Assembly (NCBI GenBank): GCA_963815215.1
Contig: CAWFFU010000003.1
Span: 576,001 to 640,000 of the forward strand
Source: an uncultured Trueperaceae bacterium
GTDB taxonomy: Bacteria; Deinococcota; Deinococci; Deinococcales; Trueperaceae
Direction of reading: 5' to 3'
DNA length: 64,000 nucleotides
How positions within the stretch are numbered: the first letter of the stretch is position 1; each line of letters opens with the position of its first letter. The notes below the pieces were generated by a model. The model was not told the DNA's origin. It saw only the letters and a program-made list of their open reading frames with translations, and made no database searches. Positions 63,742 through 64,000 of this stretch are shown piece after piece. The position numbers and the translations under genes are program-made.

Positions 63742-63770
63742 TTGACACCCCCCACCGCCCCACGTATACT
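63742..63770 (+). promoter_or_regulatory. Near-consensus sigma70 promoter
   Basis: TTGACA-N17-TATACT, with ATG 7 nt later. Confidence 0.85.
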
Positions 63771-63777
63771 CTGCCCA

Positions 63778-63858
63778 ATGCGAATCCGTCGGCGTTTGCG
63801 GGTGATCAACCTGTGGCAGAGTGTGCTGCTACGGCGAGGTGGGCCCGTCCGCGTCTAG
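63778..63858 (+). CDS. Putative leaderless branched-chain amino acid leader peptide, 26 aa
   Basis: MRIRRRLRVINLWQSVLLRRGGPVRV*. 10 of 26 residues are L/I/V, including tandem GTG CTG CTA. Confidence 0.7.
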   Translation: MRIRRRLRVINLWQSVLLRRGGPVRV

Positions 63859-63897
63859 GTTCGCAAACGAACTCGCGAGCCTGCAGATGAACGGTCG

Positions 63898-63934
63898 CGG
63901 CCTCCGGCACGGAAGTGCGGAGGCCGTTTCTTGT
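63898..63934 (+). terminator. Attenuator intrinsic terminator
   Basis: CGGCCTCCG-gcacggaagtg-CGGAGGCCG followed by TTTCTTGT, between the leader ORF and the downstream gene. Confidence 0.8.
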
Positions 63935-63971
63935 CATGGAGGCGCTCACAGCGCCGAGCGAAAGGAAGAGC

Positions 63972-64000
63972 ATGGAGCAACCCCGAAGCCTGTACCAGAA
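63972..64000 (+). CDS. 5' end of a gene, possibly 3-isopropylmalate dehydratase large subunit (LeuC)
   Basis: AAGGAAG RBS; MEQPRSLYQ(K/N) resembles LeuC/aconitase-family N-termini. Only 9 full codons are visible. Confidence 0.4.

Overview
A very GC-rich bacterial chromosomal segment, most likely from Deinococcota (Trueperaceae/Thermus-Deinococcus-like). That assignment is an inference from a PilF-type pilus ATPase with three N-terminal GSPII/MshEN blocks, an AHGFG-elbow alpha/beta hydrolase, AroH and pervasive leaderless -10 promoters. Bases 1 to about 47 kb are mostly intact housekeeping genes: 5'-nucleotidase, purKE, tsaC, aroH, dusA, ispH, tRNA-Ile, nrnA, recN, UDG, dtd, carA, lgt, sucCD, gluQ, trpBA, rlpA, tatD and pilB/pilT. 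The same stretch holds a sucrose metabolism set (amylosucrase, fused SPS-SPP, GH32-like) and an OmpR-family two-component system next to a Met-rich secreted spondin protein. From about 47 to 64 kb the content is more accessory: a TAXI-TRAP transporter, permeases, several broken genes, a LuxR-STAND regulator with DUF4242 and cupin genes, and an IS3 scar. The strongest signals missing from the ORF track are two apparently leaderless leader peptides. One contains Trp and lies before trpBA; the other is Leu/Ile/Val-rich, has an intrinsic terminator and precedes a probable leuC at the window edge. Other signals are 11-bp-period operator-like repeats and probable CTG starts. No CRISPR array, rRNA gene, integrase or prophage was seen. 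All product calls come from motif recognition by eye; no database search was run.
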